From positions 1-64,000 of the forward strand of contig NIVC01002744.1 in assembly GCA_002269645.1 (NCBI GenBank): a DNA stretch of 64,000 bases, given 5' to 3'. This document shows, piece by piece, positions 34,801-64,000 of this stretch. This stretch comes from Macrostomum lignano (Eukaryota). Within the stretch, counting starts at the first letter, position 1. The number at the start of each line of letters is the position of its first letter. The translations under genes were made by a program, and so were the position numbers. The notes under the pieces were generated by a model, which did no database searches, had not been told where the DNA came from, and worked only from the letters and a program-made list of their open reading frames with translations.

Positions 34801-37800
34801 AATCAAGGCTACTGGCTTAGTTGGTTCGCAGGGGCTCTGGGCACCTCCGCAAATCAAGGCTACTGGCTTAGTTGGTTCGCAGGGGCTTTGGGCACCTCCG
34901 CAAATCAAGGCTACTGGCTTAGTTGGTTCGCAGGGGCTTTGAGCACCTCCGCAAATCAAGGCTACTGGCTTAGTTGGTTCGCAGGGGCTTTGGGCACCTC
35001 CGCAAATCAAGGCTACTGGCTTAGTTGGTTCGCAGGGGCTCTGGGCACCTCCGCAAATCAAGGCTACTGGCTTAGTTGGTTCGCAGGGGCTTTGGGCACC
35101 TCCGCAAATCAAGGCTACTGGCTTAGTTGGTTCGCAGGGGGCTTTGGGCACCTCCGCAAATCAAGGCTACTGGCTTAGTTGGTTCGCAGGGGGCTTTGGG
35201 CACCTCCGCAAATCAAGGCTACTGGCTTAGTTGGTTCGCAGGGGGCTCTGGGCACCTCCGCAAATCAAGGCTACTGGCTTAGTTGGTTCGCAGGGGCTTT
35301 GGGCACCTCCGCAAATCAAGGCTACTGGCTTAGTTGGTTCGCAGGGGCTTTGAGCACCAAAGTTGAAACTGGAATAGTCGAGTTTAGAAAAATTACGAAA
35401 ATAGTCAGCTTTGATAGGAAATACAAAATATGGCTTAAATATTGAGAATATTTAGTACAATACGATTTTCAAGATTAGTGGGTGCTGCATCCGATCTGAG
35501 TAGCCCCTAACCAGAGTACTGGAGAGAAACGGTTTTCCACAATGTCGGAATTAAAACAAAGAATGCTGCATCTCATTTGTCTCTTGTCGCAGCGAGTTGA
35601 GTCCGAACTCTACCCAGCTGACGGTGAGTCTGCAGCGGAATCAGCGGCAGTCACAGCTGGCCTCGGCTTGTCTGTCGCTGGCGAGTGTCCCACCTGGCGG
35701 CGCATGGGTTCTGCTGCCTCTGCCGCAGTCAGGCAGCGTCACCATGGAGCTGCTGGCACTGCCATCATTGGCTGATGAAGACAAGCCATCTGAAGATTCG
35801 AAATTTGCGTCAAAAGAATTTTCAAGTTCAGGTAATAATTTTTATAACTTTTTAATTGTGTTTAATGAGGCATGAGAGTTAGACATGACAGTCTCTGTCA
35901 TTTAGACATGACAGTCTCTGTCAGTTAGAAATGACAGTCTCTGTCAGTTAGACATGACAGTCTCTGTCAGTTAGACATGACAGTCTCTGTCAGTTAGACA
36001 TGACAGTCTCTGTCAGTTAGAAATGACAGTCTCTGTCAGTTAGACATGACAGTCTCTGTCAGTTAGACATGACAGTCTCTGTCAGTTAGACATGACAGTC
36101 TCTGTCAGTTAGACATGACAGTCTCTGTCAGTTAGACATGACAGTCTCTGTCAGCTAGACATGAAAGAGTTAGACATGACAGTCTCTCAAACGCCCTCAC
36201 AGATGAAAGCAGCTCTCCGCTGTCGCAGCAAGTGGCCGAGTTCATGCGGCCTCTGCCGGAGACGCCGCAGCGGCCAAAGCGGCTGTCCGGTGAATCTTTG
36301 AGAAACTTGCCGCCTCTTTTTGCAGGCCTTGAATTGAATCAAACTGAGCTCCCGTGCTGCGTGTTGTGACTTAATAGTACATGCTGCATAGTCAGCCCAG
36401 GCTGCTTGCGTCACACCTCAGGCTAGTCAGTGTGTGCGAATGAAAACTATGAAATTGTGCTCTGACTCACTCTGTGCTCTGACTCACCCTGTGCTCTGAC
36501 TCACTCTGTGCTCTGACTCACACTGTGCTCTGACTCACTCTGTGCTCTGACTCATTCTGTGCTCTGACTCACTCTGTGCTCTGACTCACTCTGTGCTCTG
36601 ACTCACTCTGTGCTCTGACTCACTCTGTGTACTGACTCACTCTGTGCTCTGACTCACCCTGTGCTCTGACTCACTCTGTGCTCTGACTCACTCTGTGCTC
36701 TGACTCACTCTGTGCTCTGACTCACCCTGTGCTCTGACTCACTCTGTGCTCTGACTCACTCTGTGCTCTGACTCACTCTGTGCTCTGACTCACCCTGTGC
36801 TCTGACTCACACTGTGCTCTGACTCACTCTGCGCTCTGACTCACTCTGTGCTCTGACTCAATCTGTGCTCTGACTCACTCTGCGCTCTGACTCACTCTGT
36901 GCTCTGACTCACTCTGTGCTCTCACTCACTCTGTGTACTGACTCAATCTGTGCTGACTCACTCTGTGAAATTTGCGACAGACAATTTTTGACAGTCGAAT
37001 GCAGCCTTAAGCTCATTTCTGTCCCATCTCACTCTCACCGCATGCCGTACAAGTTGGAGTTACTGCCTAAGGTGTTTAAGTACTCGAATTCTCAATTTCT
37101 CAGACCGACTCTCTTGCGCTGACGCAGACTGTCAAGGTGAACGAAGGCAAATCAGCGACTATTCCTATGCTAAACGGTACCGGGATATGGTGCGTACTTT
37201 GTTGCGGTCAGGTATTGCGTTGTTTTGCAAATCAAGGTTGCAAACGCATGTTCTTGGCAATAGTGCGACACAGAAATATTTAGTAAAAAATTATTCATTT
37301 ACTGTAGTTTCGATTATACGTGGATAATTTTATCAGTGATTGATAGATAACAGGCCTTAGATAAGGAATCAGGTAAAATTAAACCTCTAATCGAGCGCGC
37401 TTTCATTCTGCCTGAGCTGCACGGCTAGGGCGTGGTCGCACCGACAGAGGTTTCACCGACACACTGCCTGTGGCTATCTTCATACAATGTGGAAATAAAA
37501 TGCTTACGTCTGATGAATAGGTAGAACAACATTTTCAAGCTAGCTGGTACTGGATGTAAGTTTATATTTGCTCCGTAATTTCAGGCCACGATGGAGTTCC
37601 AGATGTCCTATAAGAGGCGAAAAGGTGAGCGATGCAAGACTGTCATGTCTAGCGATGCAGGACTGTTATGCCTAGCGATGCAGGAATGTCATGTCTAGCG
37701 ATGCAGGAATGTCATGTCTAGCGATGCAGGAATGTCATGTCTAGCGATGCAGGACTGTCATGTCTAGCGATGCAGGACTGTCATGTCTAGCGATGCAGGA

Positions 37801-38023
37801 CTGTCATGTCTAGCGATGCAGGACTGTCATGGGCAATGTGGATTTATGAGCTTGTTGAGATGTTGAGTAGGTCGGCCCTGAGAACACCCTGCACGGCGGG
37901 GCCTGAACCTGCAGCTTTAACAAAATTTCACCCCGGCAACTGCACCCGATTTCAGCCAGCCGCAGCAGGTCCATCGCTGACAAAGTCAGTCGGGCCCTGC
38001 AGGTGCGCAGGAGCGCGCAGTGA
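31821..38023 (+). CDS. C2CD2L: TMEM24/C2CD2-like ER-anchored SMP-C2 protein; exons 31821-32222, 32376-32468, 32556-32657, 33761-34602, 35593-35831, 36203-36289, 37104-37189, 37585-37624, 37956-38023 (652 aa)
   Basis: N-terminal TM segment, EICSWLNILIGWL...LKAFNEAA SMP start, C2 domain (LLVKVIRASGL...TNPYWDEHFVLEL), and a basic C-terminus (KRRKASRSRSIADKVSRAL). All junctions are GT-AG and phase-consistent. The last three exons are less certain. Confidence 0.75.
32652..33737 (+). repeat. 30-bp minisatellite containing the exon 3 splice donor
   Basis: About 36 units of GCTGAA|GTGAGTGATCAGTGTTGAGTTCAT. Confidence 0.97.
34660..35355. repeat. 51-bp intronic minisatellite
   Basis: About 13 units of GGCACCTCCGCAAATCAAGGCTACTGGCTTAGTTGGTTCGCAGGGGCTTTG. 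Confidence 0.95.
35878..36185. repeat. 23-bp intronic minisatellite
   Basis: GTTAGACATGACAGTCTCTGTCA units. Confidence 0.93.
36465..36965. repeat. 17-bp intronic minisatellite
   Basis: CTCTGTGCTCTGACTCA units. Confidence 0.93.
37630..37830. repeat. 23-bp intronic minisatellite
   Basis: GCGATGCAGGACTGTCATGTCTA units starting just after the donor at 37625. Confidence 0.9.
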
Positions 38024-38337
38024 GGGAGTTTCACGATTTTTTAGTCCTCATTTCACGCTTGTGCTTATTTCCTTTAAAACCTTTGAAACTAATCAAGTAC
38101 ATCTGAAAATTGTGTTCTTTTAATTTTAGTTTTTTTACCTGCGCCTACTTTATTTTTATCGAATATTTATTTTTCGAATTCAAGGCGATTTCGGCTTTTT
38201 TAAAAGAAAAACTGGTTTTTCTTTAACTGCAAAGTTCTGTCTTTCCTGTTTCTGTTTCAGCTGCTCTTCTTTTGGCTTTCATCAGGGTTTCGTTTTTATT
38301 GTTACATGTATATTGAAGGCTAATTAATATGCTACAG

Positions 38338-38623
38338 CAGTGGCGTAGCCAGGAATTTCAATTGGGGGGGGGGCGGGTTGGCTTGGCTGGCCATGCCTTA
38401 TGCCATTCCCACTTTTAACGCCGCAGGCCCTCATTTTAGCGCCGCAGGCACTCATTTTAGCGCTGCAGGCACTCATTTTAGCGCTGCAGGCACTCATTTT
38501 AGCGCTGCAGGCACTCATTTGCCTCATGGTTTTTGGTACCCGCCGCGCCCAACTCTACCCCCCCCCCCCCAGGCGATTGGGGGTGGCCGCGGCCCCCCGC
38601 CGCCCCCCCTGGCTACGCCACTG
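38338..38623. mobile_element. hAT-type MITE (CAGTGGCGTAGCCAGG family)
   Basis: Perfect TIR CAGTGGCGTAGCCAGG, exact 8-bp TSD TGCTACAG, internal 21-bp GCAGGCACTCATTTTAGCGCT units. Confidence 0.9.
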
Positions 38624-40479
38624 TGCTACAGATAATTTCTACAGAGTGTACGAGATATACTATATACTATACCAGATTGTAAGCAAGTATCATAATTTCT
38701 AGCGATATTCATAATCAAGTACCTGCAAATGATTTCTGAAGAGAATACTATTTTATTATATTGTTGCGAAGTCAAATCATTCTGATGCTCGCATTCCTAC
38801 TTATGAGTAGCAAGTACAGTAAAGCAATAGACTTCTGTTGCTATCTGATAATATTGAGGCTTGTGAATTCGAAAATGTCATTGATGATGAAGCGTATGGC
38901 TCCAGCCTCAGTCATGTACTTTTAAAAACATAAATCTTTCAAACTGTTGTGAAAACTTGCAGGAATACAACTGGAACTTTCTGACTTATGCTGTTCTATA
39001 ATCAGTGAGCTCAAACTGCCTCATTGTGTGCACTTTTAGTTAATTGTTTTATCAACGAGCTGGCGAGCTTTAATGCTCTGCTACTTTGTTTGCGAGTTGT
39101 TCCAAGTTTTAGACTTGTTTGTCAGAGCCGAAAATTGAACTCCTGGTTGAGTTTATTCGAAAGCGAGGTTCTGGGGACGGATAATCTAGAATGAACAAGG
39201 AAAATCCCCACTCCAAACGTACATGTATGTTCTAGTCTACGTTTGGATCGAGCGATAGCAGATCTCATCAGGAAGCACTTTCCGTTGTATAGAACGCTCA
39301 GGCTGCAGCTCAAGTGTTTTCTTATGAGTTTTTCAGGCTCTTAGACTCTTAGCTCATCGGTGAAGCAGAGTGACTGGAGCTGATGTTGCTGAAGCGCAGG
39401 AAGCTGCAAGCTGGCCCGCCTGAACCAGCTGTCATGTTCAATGGACAGTCAGCGCTATACAGATTCAATGCTAACGTTGTGATTAATAAAATTTGTTTTT
39501 CCTGCAGTGCACATCGCAACAACTTTTACGATAATAACGATCATATTACATGCATGTCGACTCTGAATAAACAGTCTGCAGTTACTGTTACGTAGATACA
39601 TGTACAAGTTCTAAAAGCATGCATGCAAAACCGTAGAAAAACGTACATGTGTATGTACATTTCAGCGTCTGCCCTTGCATCAGACCGCAAGGTCCCTGTT
39701 TTGTGGTCAACTTTTTTTTAATTTAATTCAGTAGATACATATGTAGTTGCTATTGATCAGAGCGTGCTGCTGCCCAAATCAAGGCGACCATGCATACGCG
39801 GTAACGGTTGATCTGCAGCCAGCGATCGGAAAGGCAATTATGCGCACACACACTCGGGATTGTACACCTAACAATGCTGAACGGGGTTGTAATGTACATA
39901 AAATTGTTGTTGTTTGTACTGCAATATAAATAAAAATGACAAATGCCAAGGACCACTGAAGTTAATTATGCCATCTGTATGTTGTGTTTAATTGTACCGG
40001 TACTGGTCTAGTTTTGATACGATTATAAATATAAATGAAGTCAAGCTAGTGTAAAGAGCCTGTTTGGTGCAAATACGAATCATGGGCATCAGTTGAAAGC
40101 CAGAAAGTCAGAGGCTAAGCTAAACACTGATGTACGTACAAATATGAGAAAATAAACACAGATTCAATGTGAGATTTTCCAAAAATTCTAAAAACTTTCA
40201 TCGTAAACTCCCGAATTATAGTTTTTTTAATTAGGCTGAATTGTTAGCTTTTAAAACATGGGTCTTTTGTTTTGTTTGCATAAAGTAACTCTTGCAAGTT
40301 TGAATTTTTCTTATTCTTCGAAACAGTCTGGTTTCCGTACCCTTGAACAGCAACAGCCCACTGAGATACGTTGCTTTATATTGCGGCCTATGAAACTGTA
40401 TCTAACCCATTTGTGTTCTTTTCAGTTAAATTTAAAACACGTAGGATAATTGAAATCAGGGGTTTTATTTTTGCGTATA

Positions 40480-52630
<12,151 letters not shown>

Positions 52631-53056
52631 GCGAAGTGCGGATAAACTGCATGAAGTGGACCAAAACTTCAATAATTCGCTTGTCAGCTACTCTTTATGC
52701 TTCAGCGTCTGTTTAGCGTTTTGTCAGATTTTTTGCAATTTGTTGTATAAAAACAAATTTTCTTTTGTAGATTTTTTGTTAGAATTCTGTTTTTACCTGT
52801 GCTTGACGGTGTTACTTTGCAGACAATTAACAGTGGCTGAGAATGCTAAACCTGGTGTTGCTTTCACGCGCGAGAATCAAAGCGTAAAGGCTATTAGAAA
52901 TGATGAAGACTACTCAAAAGAATTTGCACTTTGTTTGCTCCTAAATGCTTAGGAGCAACGCAACTTTTTGAATTTTCATGTACTTGAGTTGCCTCACTCA
53001 GGTGCAGCGAAGCCCTAAAAATTGTCAGACAAGTTTTACTTATAGTAAAAACTAAA

Positions 53057-53448
53057 ACCCACAGCACCCACCACCCCACAGCACCCGCCACCCCACAGCA
53101 GCCACCACCCCACAGCACCCGCCACCCCACAGCACCCACCACCCCACAGAACCCACCACCCCACAGCACCCGCCACCCCACAGCACCCACCACCCCACAG
53201 CAGCCACCAACCCACAGCAGCCACCACCCCACAGCACCCGCCACCCCACAGAACCCACCACCCCACAGCACCCACCACCCCACAGAACCCACCACCCCAC
53301 AGCACCCGCCACCCCACAGCACCCACCACCCCACAGCAGCCACCAACCCACAGCAGCCACCACCCCACAGCACCCGCCACCCCACAGAACCCACCACCCC
53401 ACAGCACCCACCACCCCACAGCACCCACCATCCCACAGCACCACGACC
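53057..53448. repeat. About 17-18-bp C-rich array (CCACCCCACAGCACCC[G/A])
   Basis: Direct tandem units; reverse complement of the array at 58400-58750. Confidence 0.92.
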
Positions 53449-53874
53449 CCACAGGCCCGATGCGGGCGAAAAGACAGCCTGGCATTCCTGCTGTTTATTA
53501 GCGATCAAAGCGAATCACTTGGCATCATGTTTTATTGAGAAAAATTATTTGCGTCTCTTTTTATTCCAATTTCAGATTTTTTCTGCGCAGAGTTACAGTA
53601 ATATTGAGTTTCCTACGAGTATTTCTGCTGTTCAGTATCTGATATCAGGCAATCATTAATAGATTTATATTGATTTCTCATATTGATTTCTCACTGCAAT
53701 ACGGGCTCAATCATTGGTGCTAATCTTTGTTTTTCGACAGTTTTTTTACTTTCTGTTGTGTTATGAAGGTAATTTTTGCCTAATAAATTCGATTACCGCG
53801 ATCATAATGAAGTGTATTCTTCGAAATTCAAAATTTGAAAATATTGTCAAGAGGAAAATGTGTTATTTCTGATT

Positions 53875-54545
53875 TCCGGTGAAGATTCTCAGTTTAGTTC
53901 CGGTGAAGATCCTCAGTTAACATGTAGTTCCGGGGAAGATTTTCAGTTTACATGTAGTTCTGGGGAAGATTCTCAGTTTAGTTCCGGGGAAGATTCTCAG
54001 TTTAGTTCCAGTGAAGATTCTTAGTTTAGTTCCGGGGAAGATTCTCAGTTAACATGTAGTTCCGGGGAATATTCTCAGTTTAGTTCTGGGGAAGATTCTC
54101 AGTTTAGTTCCGGGGAAGATTCTCAGTTTAGTTCCAGTGAAGATTCTTAGTTTAGTTCCGGGGAAGATTCTCAGTTTAGTTCCGGGGAAGATTCTCAGTT
54201 TAGTTCCGGGGAAGATTCTCAGTTAACATGTAGTTCCGGGGAAGATTCTCAGTTTAGTTCCGGGGAAGATTCTCAGTTTAGTTCCGGGGAAGATTCTCAG
54301 TTTAGTTCCGGGGAAGATTCTCAGTTTAGTTCCAGTGAAGATTCTTAGTTTAGTTCCGGGGAAGATTCTCAGTTTAGTTCCGGGGAAGATTCTCAGTTTA
54401 GTTCCGGGGAAGATTCTCAGTTTAGTTCCAGTGAAGATTCTTAGTTTAGTTCCGGGGAAGATTCTCAGTTAACATGTAGTTCCGGGGAATATTCTTAGTT
54501 TAGTTTCGGTGAAGATTCTCAGTTTAGTTCCGGTGAATATTCTCA
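53875..54545. repeat. 24-bp minisatellite
   Basis: GTTCCGGGGAAGATTCTCAGTTTA units. Confidence 0.93.
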
Positions 54546-54712
54546 GTTAAGTGATTTTACTCTCAACTTTTACATGCATAGGTAAACAAGATTTAGTTTT
54601 TTCTTCAGTCCCTGATGGCTCTTTATTTGACAGTATTAAAATTATCAGAAGTAAATGAATCAAAAATGAATAATGAAAGTCCTGATTATTCCGTTCATGC
54701 TTGATTCGGCCT

Positions 54713-59554
<4,842 letters not shown>

Positions 59555-60069
59555 GCTGGATACAGTTTGATTGTTTAATCAGATTTCCTTAGTATTGAGG
59601 CTGTTATTTAAAAAAATAATCTCGGATTCTGCGGGCACCTCATAAAAAGCCTCTGAGCTGTGTGCATTGCTCAGCCCCTGCCCAGCATCTGCCTCCCAGC
59701 TGCCCACTGCGCAGGCCATTCATACAATAAAATAGAAAATGAAGGCAGCCAGGTGTTCAAACGCCAGAACGGCCTCTCCATTGAATTGTAAATTTGAGCT
59801 GCACAGCAAGAGCATCGCTTTCATCACGATGGCGTCAAGTGAGCTGCCAATTCTGATTGGCTGGCCACGGAGTACTTGGTTAACAAATTTATTTAGATAT
59901 TATATAGTTTATACTACTCGGCAAGTAGTGTACAGCCGTTTATAACATCATTAGTAGGCAGCTGGCATTTCATCTGTGACTAACAAATAGAAAATGTTCG
60001 TTTGGCTACAAATAAACAACTTTACGAAGCTGCAATGAAACTTGAATAGGTAAAATATCTTCATAAACT

Positions 60070-61185
60070 GAAGTTTATCACACTGGCAGTTTATTACACT
60101 GGCAGATTGTCACCCACTGGCAGTTTATCACACTAATGGCAGTTTATCACACTAATGGCAGTTTATCACACTATGGCAGGTTGTCACACTGGCAGTTTAT
60201 GACACTGTGGCAGATTGTCACACTGGCAGTTTATCAAACTATGGCAGATTGTCACACTGGCAGTTTATCATACTGGCAGTTAATCACACTGGCAGTTTGT
60301 CACATTGGCAGATTGTCACACTGGCAGTTTGTCACACTGGCAGATTGTCACACTAGCAGATTGTCACACTGGCAGTTTATCACACTGGCAGTTTGTCACA
60401 CTGGCAGATTGTCACACTGGCAGATTGTCACACTGGCAGTTTATCACACTGGCAGTTTGTCACACTGGCAGTTTATCACACTGGCAGATTGTCACACTGG
60501 CAGTTTAACACACTGGCAGTTTATCACACTGGCAGTTTATCACACTCGCAGTTTATCACACTGGCAGATTATCACACTGGCAGATTGTCACACTGGCAGT
60601 TTATCACACTGGCAGATTGTCACACTGGCAGTTTATCACACTGGCAGTTTGTCACACTCGCAGTTTATCACACTGGCAGATTATCACACTGGCAGTTTGT
60701 CACACTGGCAGATTGTCACACTGGCAGATTGTCACACTGGCAGTTTATCACACTGGCAGATTGTCACACTGGCAGTTTAACACACTGGCAGTTTATCACA
60801 CTGGCAGTTTAACACACTGGCAGTTTATCACACTGGCAGTTTATCACACTGGCAGATTGTCACACTGGCAGTTTATCACACTGGCAGTTTATCACACTCG
60901 CAGTTTATCACACTGGCAGATTGTCACTATGGCAGTTTATCACACTGGCAGATTGTCACACTGGCAGATTGTCACACTGGCAGTTTATCACACTGGCAGA
61001 TTGTCACTATGGCAGTTTATCACACTGGCAGTTTATCACACTGGCAGATTGTCACACTGGCAGTTTATCACACTGGCAGATTGTCACTATGGCAGATTGT
61101 CACACTGGCAGTTTATCACACTGGCAGATTGTCACACTGGCAGTTTATCACACTGTCAGCTTATCACACTGGCAGTTTGTTACAC
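60070..61185. repeat. 15-bp minisatellite (CACACTGGCAG[TTTAT/ATTGT])
   Basis: Two alternating unit variants. Confidence 0.95.
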
Positions 61186-61371
61186 CTGCAGCTCATATTT
61201 AAATATTATAGCCGAATAAAAATGTCTGGAGTAAATAATTTCTAAAACAAGCACGAGGACCCGGTCCAGTCTTTGTCAACTCTCGTGGCGCCCATCATCT
61301 GTCATTCCCAGTTGCTTGAGCTCGGTGGCAGCACAACCCGGACAAGGACCAATAGGAACACTTCGTTATAT

Positions 61372-63561
61372 CTAGTCTTGTCCTTGACTTCGGATTTTGT
61401 CACTGAGGGTTGGGCAACATGCAGTTGGTGGCTCAGTCAGCTTTCCTAGTTTAACCATAAACAAAACGCTATTAAAAGCTGTGCACTTGAAGTGATCTTA
61501 ATTTAAGCATGCTATTCCCAATGTTATTTTTTAGTCTAATGCAAACTTCAGAAGGGTTTTCTATCAGGAAAGTACAGTACATGTTTGTGCGGCAGTGAAG
61601 ATCCCATTGCGTGAAGCGAACACCAATGAAATGCGTTATAGAAATCATATATATACTAGTTCAGTGAGGATGAAGTCAGTCTCCGCCCTTGTCCGCCCTG
61701 GTCCCCTCTCGCCCTCCTGCGCTCGTGTCCTCGCCCCCTCGCCGCCCTCGCCTCCTCAACTGCTCTGCTAGCTTGCCCTAACAATCGAGCCTGAACTCTG
61801 CTATCCTGGTCTAACAAAGAGATAAATCTGGACAAACGTCAATTCGTGCAACAGTATCGATAAGTATCATGTGGCTCTATTTTCACTGAACTGCTAATAA
61901 ATTTGCGGGATTAATATCTTATCAGAAATTGCAACCAACATGAATTAGTAATAAACATCCTTGTTGAAGGTTAGAGATCGAGAGAAGCAAATCGAACCTC
62001 TGAATTATTTAATTCACCAGAAGCATCGACGATTGTAGACATCGTCAAGGAGAGAGGGAAAACCCCCGCGACATTTTAAAACATTTGATACTCACGTGGC
62101 GGTTCCTCCGTTAAGCCGATCAAAGTCGTTTTTGCTGCTGCTGCAATTGGCCGCAGATAAACAAACAAAATAGTGGCGCCGATTCAAATTTGATTTGGAT
62201 TTTACTGGCAAAAGAGCGTATTCTATAGCGCTGATAGCTTGGAACTTACAATGATTCAGCCTGAGAATTCGCCTCGTAAGCCCTGAAATTTGATTTCAGT
62301 CACCGAATTAATTTTTTAAGTCAATAATCCCAAAAAGTTGAATCAAATTGTCTAAACTCACCTATTTTCCGTTCCATTCTGCCATCTAAAATTCAGTGAT
62401 TTTTCAGTTAGCAGAAGTTTTCAGACAAACATGATGAAGAAGGGAATTGCGGATCATGAGGTGAAAAACTCACCGCTGGTATTCAAGTGTGCCGCCTGAG
62501 TTGCTGGGGCCCTCAGCACCCATGTACATGTAGGCAGAGTTGGCGGCTGAACCTGTGGCTGCCTGCCGCCTGCAAAGTAGACGTTATTCTGGTCACTCTG
62601 GTCACTCTGGTCACTCTGGTCACTCTGGTCACGCTGGTCACTCTGGTCACTCTAGTCACTCTGGTCACTCTGTTTACTCTAATCAATCTGGTCACTCTGG
62701 TCACTCTGGTCCCTCTGGTCACTCTGGTCACACTGGTCACTCTGGTCACGCTGGTCACTTTGGTCAATCTGGTCACTCTGGTCACTCTGGTCACTCTGGT
62801 TACTCTGTCACTCTGGTCACTCTGGTCCCTCTGTTCACTCTGGTCACTCTGGTTACTCTGGTTACTCTGTCACTCTGGTCATTCTGGCACTCTGATCACT
62901 CTGGTCACTCTGGTCCCTCTGGTCACTCTGGTCACTCTGGTCACTCTAGTCTCTGGTCACTCTGGTCCCTCTGGTCATTCCGGTCCCTCTTTATCATTCT
63001 TGTCACTCTGGTCACTCTGTCACCCTGGTCATTCTGATCACCCCGCTAACAATCCCGCTGCTCACCCGCCGCCGTAAGCCCTGGAAGCGCCGTAGGCGGA
63101 GTTGGGCACCGCAGCGAAATTCTGCATCCTGCATGCAGAAGCGCAAAGAGTTTATAAAAATTCATTTTTTCGTTTCTTCAAATTTCAAAATGAAATAAAT
63201 ATTTCGGATCAACTTACCGTACAGTACTCTGGGAATCTGGCTCCGCTTCATCGTACGCATTCTCGCTGAAGGTTGGCATTTCAGGTGGCACTTCAAGTTA
63301 TTGAATAATCAACTCAATGATTGAGCGGGTCGCGCTAGGGCCAATTAAAAGGGCTGTGCAGGCTTGGCAGCTGGCCCTCATGGGCGAGAACTTCATGCAC
63401 AATCAGCACGATGGTTAAATTAGCCCAGCGTGGGAATCGAACCCAGGGACTATGGTACGCGAGTTGTACATGCAGATTTACATGCCTGTCTCACTTACTC
63501 ATCAGGCTGCTGGCTGGTCTGGCCGGATTGGCCTTCATTGGGCACGTCGTAGATGTATTCC
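61372..63561 (-). CDS. 3' part (cytoplasmic tail) of a second, probably paralogous receptor; exons 63561-63499, 63265-63218, 63128-63066, 62503-62474, 62140-62096, 61402-61372
   Basis: Five consecutive 3n phase-2 exons with AG/GT(G/A)AG sites join to EYIYDVPNEGQSGQTSQQPDDENAYDEAEPDSQSTVRMQNFAAVPNSAYGASRAYGGGNSGGTLEYQRSSKNDFDRLNGGTATDKIRSQGQD*. The 5' part lies beyond the window. Confidence 0.65.
62588..63035. repeat. 9-bp array (GGTCACTCT)n
   Basis: Intronic tandem units. Confidence 0.93.
63420..63465 (-). mobile_element. Possible tRNA-derived SINE fragment
   Basis: B-box GGTTCGATTCC on the minus strand; no clear A-box or cloverleaf. Confidence 0.3.
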
Positions 63562-63679
63562 CTGAAAGTTGTTTTCTGAGTCTTTCAAGCAGCATCGGCG
63601 CAATTTTAAATGGGATTCCTCTGATAGACACTTCACTGTGGCATGGGTTGGATTCGTGAGCTTGGAGAGAGAACCCGCA

Positions 63680-64000
63680 GATAGGGACACTGTATGGGGA
63701 CAGAGTGTGGGGAAACTGTATGGGGACAGAGTGTGGGGACACTGAATGGGGACAGAGTGTGGGGACACTGAATAGGGACAGAGTGTGGGACACTGTATGG
63801 GGAATGGGGACAGAGTGTGGAGACACTGTATGGGGACAGAGTGTGGGGACACTGTATGGGGACAGAGTGTGGGGACACTGTATGGGGACAGAGTGTGGGG
63901 ACACTGTATGGGGACAGAGTGTGGAGACACTGTATGGGGACAGAGTGTGGGGACACTGTATGGGGACAGAGTGTGGGGACACTGTATGGGGACAGAGTGT
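63680..64000. repeat. 26-bp array (GGGGACACTGTATGGGGACAGAGTGT)
   Basis: Tandem units continuing to the window end. Confidence 0.93.

Noticed and set aside
32703-35445. MSSTLITHFS and GTSANQGYWLSWFAG repeat ORFs
   Set aside because: They are intronic minisatellites of the C2CD2L gene.

Overview
This is eukaryotic (animal) genomic DNA with GC-rich spliced exons and AT-rich introns packed with intron-specific minisatellites. The style is compatible with a free-living flatworm such as Macrostomum, which is an inference and not proven. Most long ORFs in the supplied track are translations of tandem repeats. Genes rebuilt by hand from GT-AG junctions and reading phase: an intronless GT-A glycosyltransferase (-), WTAP/fl(2)d (+), a small TPR-like protein (+), a C-type lectin-PAN protein (-), a frameshifted multi-CUB-PAN pseudogene (-), a TMEM24/C2CD2-like SMP-C2 protein (+, 9 exons), DSTYK kinase (+, 10 exons, 969 aa), and two tandem single-pass receptor genes (-) whose tails are built from symmetric phase-2 mini-exons. 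Mobile DNA: two LINE fragments, several hAT-type MITEs with 8-bp TSDs, a Mutator-like foldback, and a 6.9-kb CACTA/EnSpm-like element carrying a decayed BEN-domain gene inside WTAP intron 1. The most striking signal is a roughly 4.4-kb domain (about 5050-9500) of heavy C-to-T decay. It has eroded one end of that transposon and one side of the minisatellite it interrupts, while the other end is intact. The decay includes some non-CpG contexts.
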